NCBI RefSeq assembly: GCF_009914755.1
Contig: NC_060947.1
From: the human T2T-CHM13v2.0 reference genome, Homo sapiens
Direction: 5' to 3' (one strand)
Length of the DNA: 64,000 nucleotides
Below the pieces are notes generated by a model. That model saw only the letters and a list, made by a program, of their open reading frames with translations, was not told where the DNA came from and did no database searches. Each line of letters opens with the position of its first letter. Within the stretch, counting starts at the first letter, position 1. Shown piece by piece: positions 12,828 through 26,183 of this stretch. Both the position numbers and the translations under genes were made by a program.

Positions 12828-14210
12828 TATTTATTCATTCACCAAATATGCATTGAACACTTCCTAATTTCCAGAAACAATCCTAGGTGTTGGGGATATA
12901 GCAGTGAACAAAGCAGATGACAGTGCCCTCATGCCCTCATTTAGGTTATGTTCTGGAGTGGGAGCTAGACAATAAACAGAAAAGTAAATTTATTTGAACG
13001 AAAATAATTGAGAGAAAGCATATTGAAGGCTGGGATTGAAGGCATAGATATTGTATTAAATAGCACCAGGATAGGCCTTACTGATAGTTATAATTGAGTA
13101 AAACCTGAAGGAATGGAGAGGAAAAGCTTTGTAGATACACGGGCAAGAGTTTTCCAGGTTTAGGAAACAAAAAGTATAAAGATGCTGAGGTGGAATCATG
13201 CTCAACATACTTAAGGAAGAGCAAGGAGCTACCATAAAGTGGGATGAGCCAGTAGGAGATGAGATCAGAGGGGTAACAATGGGGGAAGGGAAGGCTCTTT
13301 GCAAGCCATTTCAGGATTTTAGCTTTTACTATGAGTAAGAGAGGAAGTCATTGGAGGGTTTAGAGCTGAGGAAGGACATGATCTGACTTATGTTTTAATA
13401 GGATCTCTAGCTGCTCTGTTGGGAACAGACTATGGAAGGCCATGACAAAAGCAGGAAGGCGAGTTAGGAAGCTGTTATAATAATCCATGTAAGAGATGAT
13501 GGTGGCTTTTACCAGAGTGGTAGTGGTAAAGTTGTTGAGAAGTGGTAGAATTTTGAAAATATTTTGAAGATAGGGGCATCAGGATTTGTTAACCAAATGG
13601 ATGTTGGATATGAAAGAAAGATAGGAGTCAAAGGTGGTACCAAAGTTTTTGGCCTGAGCAATCAGAACAGGGTTTCCAGCAAGTGACGTGGGGGAGATGA
13701 TTAGAGAAACAGGTCTGAGAGGAAAGGGCTGGAGTTTGGTTTGGGACGTATTAGGTTTTAGGGGCCTGTTAGCCAAATGGGAAATGTTAAGGGAGCAGTT
13801 CCATATACATATCTGGAGTTCAGGGGAGGTGCACTGGCTGGAATTATAAATTTCGGAGACATCAGTGATTGGATATTTAAAGTCATGAGATTCAATGAGA
13901 TCAGCAAGAGTGTGTTTTGGAGCAGAGAAGAAATTTCAGAATGGAGCCCAGGGCCCACTCAAGCATGTAGAAGTTGGGAAGAGTCAAAATGGGAAAGTAA
14001 GAGAGAGAAGTCCATGAGATAGGAGTAAATCCAGGAAAGTGTATTGACCTGGAGTCTAGGTGAAGAAAAGAATGTATTTCAAGTTGGAGGAAGAAAATGG
14101 TAAATACTGCTGATAGTCAAATAAAATGAGAACTGACAATTTCCAAGGCAGTTTTGTGAAATGGTTCTGCAAAAAACTTGACTGGAGAAGACTTAAGAGA
14201 ATTCACACAA
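12828..14210 (-). mobile_element. L2 element
   Basis: Starts ttattcattcaccaaatat (reverse L2 tail); purine-rich L2 body. Confidence 0.78.
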
Positions 14211-14479
14211 GAAAGAAGTGGTATGGACTCAGTGGTATATGTCACTTGCCCCCAAATAAGATAAGAATCATTGTCTTAAAGTTTTATTAATGGTAGAAAT
14301 TTCAGGCACCACAAAAGCCAGTGTTGGAATGTTCCCAGGATTTCACAAGATATACCATATAGCCTCTGAAAAACAATGTGGAAATGTTTAGAAAGTTGAG
14401 CATGGTGACAAATTATAGTTTTTTCCAATAGCATTTTAAAATCAACCTTTGCTTTTTTTGATTGCTCCCTTAGCTGGTT

Positions 14480-14589
14480 GTGTGTGTGTGCATGTGTGTG
14501 TGTGTTTGTTAGAGAAGGAGAGAGGGAGAGCAAGAGAGAGGGAGGGGGAGAATTGGAGAGAGAGAGAAGAGGAGGAGGAGAGAGAGAAA
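14480..14589. repeat. (TG)n followed by GA-rich low complexity
   Basis: Direct reading. Confidence 0.85.
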
Positions 14590-16029
14590 ATGGCTCAGTC
14601 CTTCAGGCTTAGGTAAGGCACATAATCTAATTGGGGACAGTTGAGTTTTGTCCATAGGTCACATTATCCTTTCTGCTATGCTAACTGCTTTCTTTCATGT
14701 AATTTCCTTTGTGTATGTTGGGTCTTCCAAAGTAGTTTAAAAACAACTCTAGGTTAAGGGCCAAGACTTTTACTTTTTTATGTAGGAAGTGCTTAGTAAA
14801 TGCCTCTTTTTCAGCTAAAGGATGACTTGCCATTGAAAAGAGGTTGTACTCCCTCCAAACACATTTGGGGTATTATATTTTGTCATGGTTGTCGTAGATT
14901 ATCTTTGTTTCACATTTGAATGTTAACAAAAATTTTGTGATGTTTATATGGTTACAGAACAAATAAAGGCGGAATTTCTGTTTTACAATCACATAACTGA
15001 TTTATGTAATATTGTACTTCATTTGGTTTAATCTTTTGGATTGCTGCAAAGTCGTGTGTTTCTCTAGGTTCTTGGAGTGTTTCACTGTGATGTTTAGGTG
15101 TTGGGTAGGGGTGATTTGTGCTTCTGACCTTCCTGATGCTCTGCTACAGTCTCCAAACAAAATCTTAATCACTACATGTTTTTAATGTATCTAAATGCCA
15201 CAGCCAGACTTTGATTCCCAGTTTATGTCAATGCATGTGGGTTATTCTGATACATATGCTCCAGCAAGTAATGGAATGTCATTCTCAGCAGATGCCAATT
15301 AGAAATTCCCAGGCCAACAAGGCTCTAAGGCATCCAGTCTTGCCTGATATAAAATTGTAATCAGTTAGATGGGCCAGCCGAGTTCAAGAGCTACAAAGTT
15401 AATTAGAAATGCCTTCTCAGTACCAGAAGGCCACTTCAAGAAAGGTAATGGAGAAACTCCTTCTGAGATGAACAGAGAGCAATCCACACTGCTTTTGAAG
15501 GTGGTGTTAGTTATATGACCCCTAGAGTCTCCAGAAGATAGTACTAACAAAAATATTACTAACAAAAATAGTACTTAGATAGTACTAAGAAAAAATATAA
15601 CTTATTGTCTTGAAAATTATTGCTCACCAGAACTGGCTTCATCCATATCAGGAGTTTAGGGAACCCAGGAAAGGTAACCTCCTGCTTCCCAAACATCTCC
15701 CTGATGGTTCATTTGGTGCCCAAATTTCTGTCATTTTAGGCATGACTTGGGTGGTTGGAGTATTGCTGCTTTTGGGAATTTAGTTTACTGTGTAAATAGA
15801 CCTGCAAAAAACACTTTACAATATTATCAGTCATTGGTGCCTTTGCATGGAAGACTTTGTTGTTTTTGCTGTTTTAATCAGAAATATATTTTGGAAAACA
15901 GGCATAGGAAATCAGAAGAAATGTGACATTCGATAGGGTCTTGTTCTGGAACAAGCAGAATGTGTCTTGTTGCATTTTTTTCAGGGAGCCCAGGTGTTCA
16001 TATTTCTTGGCACTGGCAGCACAGGCAAC

Positions 16030-16180
16030 ACCAGCATAGGGTAGTAGAAACAGTATAAGACTGTGAGCTGAGAACTTGGATTTAAGTCCCATCTCTACCA
16101 CTAATCAGTTTGATGACCTTAAGCAAACCCTTTCTTTTCCCTGAGATTCAGCATGCTTATTGAAAAATGAGGGAATTTGG
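16030..16180 (+). mobile_element. MIR fragment
   Basis: cttggatttaagtcccatctctaccactaatcag...gaccttaagcaa. Confidence 0.6.
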
Positions 16181-16942
16181 ACTAGATATTCTCAAATTTT
16201 AAGGTGCATAAGAACTATGCAAGAGTGTGTTAAAAATCCAGATTTTTTTGTCATCTTCCATTTCTTTATCCTTTGATTTAGTCAGTCTAGGTGAAGCCCA
16301 GGAATCTTTATATTAAGAAGCACCTCAAAGGATCCATACAGCTTAAGGATCATTCTTTGAGAAACTAGATTAGATGACTTCTAAAGCCTTTTCCAGGTCT
16401 AAAATTTCCTTCTTTAAGGTAGTTGTACTTCTGTTTTGAATGAGAAACAACCATTTTTGTACTTTTATTATTCCTGCTCTCTTCCTTTCTTTATTCCATC
16501 TTTTCCTTCTCATGCCACCTTCACTCCTTGCCCACTGTTTCATCTACAAAGTAACAGTTGGGTCCAGTGGGGCTGGGAACATTTCAGTCAACACTGACCC
16601 TGAAAGTACCGTGGGATGCCTGTAAGTATAGGGCAGGAGACAAGGACAGCTAAGGCCCAGTCCCTGGTCTTGGTTTGAGATATGTCGTATGCAGCTCCTA
16701 GTGATACATGACATGTGGGATGTGTGTTTTGATAGAGATAGAAACTGCAGGGTAGTCACAGAGGAGCACAGGAAAGAGATTAAGGGACTTTTGATGGGTA
16801 AATATGAAATGTCCCCTTTTTTTCCATCACTTCACTTGTGACCTATTGGATACTATTATCAATTGCAAGAGCTAAAAGAATGCAAGGAAAAATGCTGTTC
16901 AAATGAAACTTTAAGGTGGCTATTTAAAACCAATTGTAGATA

Positions 16943-17117
16943 CAGTTGTTCTCAACCTGACTGCACATAGAATCCCCTGGGCAGTGTAAAAGAATAACAG
17001 TGCCTAAACTACACCACAGAATAATTAAATCCAAATCTCTGAGGGTGAGTGTGGGCATTGGCTTCTTCTAAAATATCCCAGGTGATTGCAAAGGACAGCC
17101 AAATTTGAGAACCACTG
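16943..17117. mobile_element. MER5-type hAT DNA transposon relic
   Basis: Terminal inverted repeats cagttgttctcaa ... ttgagaaccactg; a more decayed relative lies at about 16180-16370. Confidence 0.8.
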
Positions 17118-17222
17118 CTATAGAAGGTTACTTGTAGAAGTGAGAAGACTTAAATACTTGGTCTTCTGGCAAGTTCCTTAGCTGCTTACCAATATTGTCC
17201 CTGTAAAGCAGGTCTGAAAGAG

Positions 17223-17225
17223 TTT

Positions 17226-17257
<32 letters not shown>

Positions 17258-17533
17258 GCTTTTTGAGACGGAGTCTTGCTCTGTCGCCCAGGCTGGAGTG
17301 CAGTGGCTCAATCTTGGCTCACTGCAAGCTCCACCTCCCGGGTTCGGAGTAGCTGGGACTACAGGCGCCCGCCACTACGTCTGGCTAATTTTTATTTTTT
17401 TTATTTTTTATTTTTAGTAGAGACGGGGTTTCACCGTGTTAGCCAGGATGGTTTCGATCTCCTGACCTCGCAATCCGCCCGCATCGGCCTCCCAAAGTGC
17501 TGGGATTACAGGCATGAGCCACCGCACCCGGCA
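17223..17533 (-). mobile_element. AluY with (AAC)n tail and about 25-bp right-arm deletion
   Basis: (gtt)n 17223-17258; cccgggttc|ggagtagctggg junction. Confidence 0.92.
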
Positions 17534-17716
17534 TTTTTTTTTTTTAGTTCGGTTTTGTTTTCCCTTTCCCCAGTTGGCCCTTAGCACTCAACTATGAGTT
17601 TAAACTTTTCTTAAAAAGCATGTGCCTGTGATGTTAACCTTCCTCTATATATACAGACTCTTTTGTCAGTGTCTTCTCTTACTCTGGGCTCAGTTCTCTG
17701 CTTTGGTCAGGGATAG

Positions 17717-18070
17717 TGATATGGTTTGACTCTGTCCCCACCCAGATCTCACCTTGAATTGTACTCCCCTAATTCCCACATGTTGTGGGAGGGACCCGGT
17801 GGGAGATAATTTGAATCATGGGGGCGTTTCCCCCATACTGTTCTCGTGGTAGTGAATAAGTCTCACGAGATCTGATGGTTTTATCCGGGGTTTCCGCTTT
17901 TGCGTCTTCGTCATTTTTCTCTTGCTACCACCATTTGAGAAGTGCCTTTCGCCTCCTGCCATGATTCTGAGGTCCTCCCAAGCTATGGGGAACTGTAAAT
18001 ACAATTAAACCTCTTTTTCTTCCCAGTCTCCGGTATGTCTTTATCAGCAGCATGTAAAGGGACTAATCCA
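17717..18070 (+). mobile_element. THE1 (THE1A-like) solo LTR
   Basis: tgatatggtttg...ccccacccagatctc...ggggtttccgcttttg...gactaatcca. Confidence 0.9.
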
Positions 18071-18835
18071 GGTAAGAAGCACCCCGTTTCAGTATATGAC
18101 ATGGATTTGATTTAAAGAAATCAAGGGAGCTTTGGTCTTTATTGTAGTTGGAGGCTTTTAGGCCACTTACTATTATTGTCTCAATTTTAGCTTTTGCATG
18201 TCCTACTAATTCCAGCAATAAAACCAAATATGTGAAATAGAAAATTTCTTTGATTTAGCTTGAGTCTCAATTCATTTCCTTCTAACTCTCAATTCAAGTT
18301 ACCCACTGAGGAGAACATTTTGGACTGTATTGATTGGTCTCCTTTTAGATGATGTTATTGAATATATTCTTTTAAACCTTGACTTTGGAAAGAACAGAAT
18401 CTATAGCATGCTCAGTTTCTTTGCTTGCTCACAGTAGTGAAATAGAAGATTTTCCTCCCTCTCTGATAAAGATTATGTAAACACTTTGAAGTTTACAATA
18501 AGCTTTGCAATCCATTCTTTGATCCTTACAGCAAAACCACACAGCAGGCTTAGCCTGAGCTGTTAGTATTCTTTTAAAGATGAGAAGACAATTCACTTGC
18601 CCCAGGTTTATGCAGTCAGGACTCAAAATCTATTTTCTGCATAGCACTATCAGATACCTTTTGTATTGTTTGCTTATTAGTTTTCTGTTTATTATCTGTC
18701 TTCTCTGCCAGTAGAATGCTAGTTGATATAAACAGGGGCCTTACCTGTTTATGTTCACCTGTGTATTACTGGAGACTATATTAACATACTGAATATCATG
18801 AATGATTTTGTTGAATCTTGAAAGAAACCTCAATC

Positions 18836-19183
18836 TTTTTTTTAAGTCTAACAAGAAAGATGAGTTTATTTTTAAGATACAGAATGCTCTTAATTCTTTT
18901 TTTGTTATTATACTTTAAGTTCTAGGGTACATGTGCACAACGTGCAGGTTTGATACATAGGTATACATGTGCCATGTTGGTTTGCTGCACCCATCAACTC
19001 ATCGTTTACATTAGGTATTTCTCCTAATGCTATCCCTCCCCCAGCCCCCTACCCCCTGACAGGCCCCAGTGTGTGATGTTCCCCACCCCGTGTCGAAGTG
19101 ATCTCATTGTTCAATTCCCACCTATGAGTGAGAACATGTTGTGTTTGGTTTTCTGTCCTTGTGATATTTTGCTGAGAATGATG
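18836..19183 (-). mobile_element. 5'-truncated L1PA (L1PA5/6-like) with 53-bp 3' transduction
   Basis: L1 3'UTR 18897-19183; non-L1 segment 18844-18896 with AATAAA; second poly(A) 18836-18843; TSD aagaaacctcaa(t/a)ctt at 18822 and 19184. Confidence 0.85.
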
Positions 19184-21258
19184 AAGAAACCTCAAACTTC
19201 TTGTCCTAAGTCCTGTGGTCTATTGAATTATTTATGGCTATTCTTCTTTTGTCAGTCTTCAAAGAGATAGAAAAATATGTGAATGGTTATGGAGCTAGTA
19301 GTTAGTGGAGCTAGAACCAGAACCCAGGTTGTTTAATTCTTGATATATTTATGTTACTTTATTTTATTTTTAGACACTGGCAGACCCAAAATTATGGCAT
19401 GACATGTTTTAGAAAGATACTCAAAGGGTGATATGCATACTCTTAAGGGAAACTGACAGAACCAAACTTCTGCAAGGCTGTGGAGTAGGACAAGTTTGTC
19501 TTCTTTGCCTGCACACCCTTTTTACTCTTTACTGAGCAGATACTCAGTGGTTTTGGGTTGTTTAGTGTCCCTACCATGGGGCCCCACCCTAGCCTTCTTC
19601 CGAGTGATCAGGGTCTTTCCAGATCCCTTCTCTTCTATCAATATTTTTCTCTTTTGAACCACTCTTAGTGCAGACGTCAGTTGTTGGCTGAATGGTCATC
19701 TTACCTCTTTAAGTCTCAATTTTCTTACCAAATAACAAGGACAATAATATGTCCTTCTTACATATGTCATTTTTGTGGTATGAACATAGGAACAACATAT
19801 AGGTTATAGTCAGTTTACAAACGTGGTAGTATTAGTTTTTTTCTAGGAAACTGCCTAATATAGCAAACAAATGCCTCTAGGGCCCTAAGGCTTTTAATAA
19901 TGGCTGGAATTACTTTTTCTGCATCTTCCAGTTATATTTTAACAAAGATAGTTAATAACTTTAAACTAAAAGAGTAATCCCTATGGTGGGAATTTACAGA
20001 CTCCTGGTAGATCTGTGAGGGACAGATTTTTATTTGAGAGTGCAAGGAGAGGGTTTTTAGGATGTAACTATTCATTCTCTTTCTTTGTAACATGGTTAAT
20101 CTTAACTCTTTGTTCATTCAATGTAGCTGCTACCTGTGCTGAATCATGAATTGGTCAGGACTGCCAGTACCTTGTGATGACCAGTTTGACTTGAAATGAT
20201 TTTAACTCATACAAGCTAGGGTCTGTTTGGCTCACTTGCAGAAAGTTTTGCGCTATAGTCTCATGTTAGACCCCACTACACAACAGATCTCTACTGTGCA
20301 GGTGCAGTTGAATTTGTATAGTGTTTCTTTGCCTGCTCGTGTTCTGTGACAGGGGGACCAATGCCAATGAGGTGAAAGGTGCGGGTTAGATAGTGCATAG
20401 AAGACCACATTTGAAAAGTCTGAGGGCAAACAGGATGGTGTCCTATTCATATGAAATCTTACCCTAGTGTGTACTCGCTGGGGTCCTTTTGTCAAAATCT
20501 GTCAGCAAGTTCTGTTTTTTAGAGTTGTGAGACCCAGAGGTTGGTGTCTTTCCAGGCATTTTCCTGTCAGAACTGTCGTCTCTGAAAATTATAGAGTGTG
20601 GATTGAAACTAAGATTATAGGTTTAAGCAGCCCTCGTCTCTCTCTGACTAGGAACAATCTAAGCAATGCCAAGAAGCTAAATTTAGTCTTGGTCATTATA
20701 AAAATTGAAAGTAATGCTTTACAATTAAGAGTTTGAAAACAGCCTTTAATTTAGATTCCATAAAACATTGATGGGGCCGGAGGGTGTGATGCTGAGGGCT
20801 CAGAGGGCCTATGTTAAAGATGAGTAGGGGCTTTTAAAGCTTTGTTACTAGTTCAAATATGGTTCAAGGGCCATGTCAATTTGAAAGCATTGAGATTGGT
20901 TGATTATTCCAGGTCCTGTGAAATGCAGTATTCAACATCTTTGTAGCAATAATTATCATAATTACTGCTTAGAAAGGCAAAATAAAGCTTAGGATTCTAA
21001 ACAGGTAAGGTGAACTCTAAATAAATGGAGCTCAGAAGTAAGTAAAAGAGACTGACTTTAAGAAATAGGGATATTCCAAAAGGACCATGGAATTTTTAAA
21101 AAAGTATAGAAAACTTGTCTTAGCTTGGAATGTAAAGAAGGAAAGAATTGTCAACATAGAGGGCAGACAAGACCAAACTTGGAAACAAAAATAAAAATTG
21201 GGTGATGTCTTACAACTCCCCACTCAAAAGTTTTCAGCCTAACAAAAAATAGAAGAAG

Positions 21259-21616
<358 letters not shown>

Positions 21617-22174
21617 CTAGAAAGGAAGGTAGCAGGACACTATGATGTAGAAACCATTATACTGAAGGGGGCTGGTCTGAGTCTGGCCATGGGCACAGAA
21701 AATAAATAGAGGAAATGAAGACAAAGTTCCCGTGCCAGCATTGCTTATGGTTCTGACTTCCTCTCCATTACCTTTATGCTCTAGATTACTGAGCCAGAAA
21801 CTAGCTTACGCTATGTGGATTTGGAGGTGTGAGTGTGATATTTATGGGTATTTTTTTTGTGTGTATGTACATGGGTATGTGTTGGGATGGGGGAAGAAGA
21901 AGAAAGAAGTATCCAAAATCTCACTACCCTGAGATAGCCACTTTTAGGATGGCTTATTTTGTGTGGCTTATTTTGTGTATACATATATACCTAGGTAACT
22001 TTTCACAAATGGCATCATTGTCTAATGCTTGCTCTATTGTTAAGGACAATTTTGGGGGAAGTTGTCCTCCCCTCTTCTTTTCTTCCTTCTAATTTATACT
22101 TCCCCAAGGTAACCAGAGTTAATAGCCTGGTGCATATCCTTCTGTACATTTTTCTAAAGTCCCTTCATCTGTTT

Positions 22175-22177
<3 letters not shown>

Positions 22178-22225
<48 letters not shown>
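22178..22225. repeat. (CA)n microsatellite, about 24 units
   Basis: Direct reading. Confidence 0.97.
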
Positions 22226-22227
<2 letters not shown>

Positions 22228-22716
22228 CTTTTGTTTGGACATTATTTAAAAATGTGATTATTATATAATACATTTTTTCTATATCTTTTAATCAGTACCT
22301 AGTGGAATTTGCGTAAATTCCACAGTTGTTCTCTTAGTGGTAGCATAATAGCTCATGATATGAACGTATCACAGTTTATTCAATCATTTCCATATTAATG
22401 GGCATTTATTGGATTTCTAGCTTGTCACAATCACCATAGATACTGCAGTAACTATTCTTTTTTATTTTTCAGTTTAAACCATATTAAATTGCTGTTTTGT
22501 ATGTCAAAAAGTCAACTTTGAACAAAAAAATGATACTGGCATGTAAAAAATAAATCAGCAGCAGTATGATCAGTTTTGAGAATGCAGAAATAAAATCAGA
22601 AATTTTTGATGCAACCCAAAGCTCTCCTAGAATGCAGAGGAAAAGAACAAGGAGATAAAAATAACAAGAAAATCAATAATAAATATAATGGGCCAGTGAA
22701 TGTAGAACCAACATAT

Positions 22717-23870
<1,154 letters not shown>

Positions 23871-24944
23871 ATATGGCTTATCTATATATCTGAAAGACAA
23901 GAATAAATGCAATAGAAGCAATAATAGAAGAAAACATCTATAAAATTAAGAAACAGCTGAATCTGCAGATCAAAAGGTATCAGTGAAACTAGTAAGATAT
24001 GACTGATATCTATATAATCCTGATGAATGTTCTGAATTTCAAGGATAAAGAAAAAACTTCTATAAGTATCTAGTCAAAGAAAGAGACAACAAAAACCAAA
24101 AACTGGGTACCTCTAAAGAAAAAAATGGGATATCCTTAGAATTTTCCATAGTGTTAAATGTCAGAAGACAAATAGTGGAACATTTACATTTTTGATGGGA
24201 AAATGTTTTGACCAAGGAGTTCTCTACCCTGACAGTGCAACATAAAGATATTTTCAGAAACGCAAGAGCTCAGAGAATATACCCTCTATAGAACCCTTGG
24301 GAAATGAGGTGGGGAGATGCAAAATAAATTCTCAAAGCATCTTGTAAACAATAAAAAGTAAAGACCTTAAGAATATAGACTATGTTATAAAAAGAATTAT
24401 GTGTGCATTGAATCTATTTGAATGTAGAATTAGTCTAAATAGTATAGATAAGGTTACAAAACAGAATGGATATATTAATTCTTGAAAGGGTAGACAACAT
24501 AATTTTAAATATACAAAAACCGGACTAAAATCTCATACTATGCCACCATTACCTGGGAGATAGAGGGGTGGGGTAGGAAAGTAGAGGAGGTATGAGAGAG
24601 AGAGTTTCAAGGAGAAATATAAATTCATTTATTTTAAATTTTGGGGTAACCTCTTACAGAATTAAAACTAGAAAGTATACTTTACAAATGACTCCAGCAA
24701 AAAAAAAAACACATTAAAAATTAGGAAGAAAGCATAATGCAAATAGAACAATTAAAGAAAGACCAATAAATGCCAGTAAACGTGTGTGGGTTAAACATTC
24801 CTATTATAAGACAAAGATTCTCAGATTGAATTAGAAAACAAGGTTCAACTGTAGTTTCTGTGGTTTATAAAAGACATATCTAAAAGTGACTGTTAAAGGT
24901 GAAAAGCAGAAAGACTATATATACACAAACTGTATATATAAACT

Positions 24945-25520
24945 ATGTATACTGAGTACATATACATGCGTGAATATATACTGAGTACATGTACATGCGT
25001 GAATATATACTGAGTACATATACATGCGTGAATATATACTGAGTACATATACATGCGTGAATATATACTGAGTACATATACATGCGTGAATATATACTGA
25101 GTACATATACATGCGTGAATATATACTGAGTACATATACATGCGTGAATATATACTGAGTACATATACATGCGTGAATATATAGTGAGTACATATACATG
25201 CGTGAATATATAGTGAGTACATATACATGCGTGAATATATAGTGAGTACATATACATGCGTGTATATAGTGAGTACATATACATGCGTGAATATATACTG
25301 AGTACATATACATGCGTGAATATATACTGAGTACATATACATGCGTGAATATATACTGAGTATATATACATGCGTGAATATATACTGAGTATATACATGC
25401 GTGAATATATACTGAGTATATATACATGCTTGAATATATACTGAGTATGTATACATGCATGAATATATACTGAGTATATATGTATGAATATATACTGAGT
25501 ATATATACATGTATGAATAT
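24945..25520. repeat. 29-bp minisatellite (VNTR), about 20 units
   Basis: Unit ctgagtacatatacatgcgtgaatatata starting at 24952, 24981, 25010 ... 25495. Confidence 0.97.
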
Positions 25521-25740
25521 ACTGTATTTACTTAGTTTATATATATATACATGTAGAGAGATGGAGAGATAGGTAAATATATCTAAATATATCAGCAATT
25601 TGAAGCAGAAAAAAAGCATAATATTCTAGACAAAGTGGAATCCAAGGCAACCACATTAATAAGATAAGGCTTTTCATTTATTACTGATTAACTATGGCCA
25701 TCCAATCAGGTAGTCACTAGCTGCATATGACTATTTGAAA

Positions 25741-26130
25741 TTATTTTATTTTATATTTTAATTTCAACAACTTTAGAGGTATAAGTGGTGTTTGGTTACA
25801 CAGATGAATTGTACAGTGGTGAAGAATGGGATTTTAATGTACCCATCAATTCAGTTCTGTACATTGTACCCAATAAGTAGTTTTTTGTCCTTCCTCCACC
25901 TCCTACATTTCCCCTTCTGAGTCTCCAATGTGCATTAATACCAGTCTGTATGCCTTTGCATATCTGTAGCTTAGGTCCCACTTATAAGTAAGAACATGTG
26001 GTATTTGGTTTTCGATTATTGAGTTACTTCACTTAGAATCATGGCCTCCAGTTCCATCCAAGTTGCTGTAAAAGACATTATTTCATTCTTTATCATGAGT
26101 GACTAGTATTCCATGGTGTATATGTGTATG

Positions 26131-26183
<53 letters not shown>

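Noticed and set aside
24893-25619. 151-234 aa ORFs and CRISPR-like periodicity
   Set aside because: The 29-bp units are contiguous with no unique spacers and no cas genes; ORFs are stop-free translations of the minisatellite.
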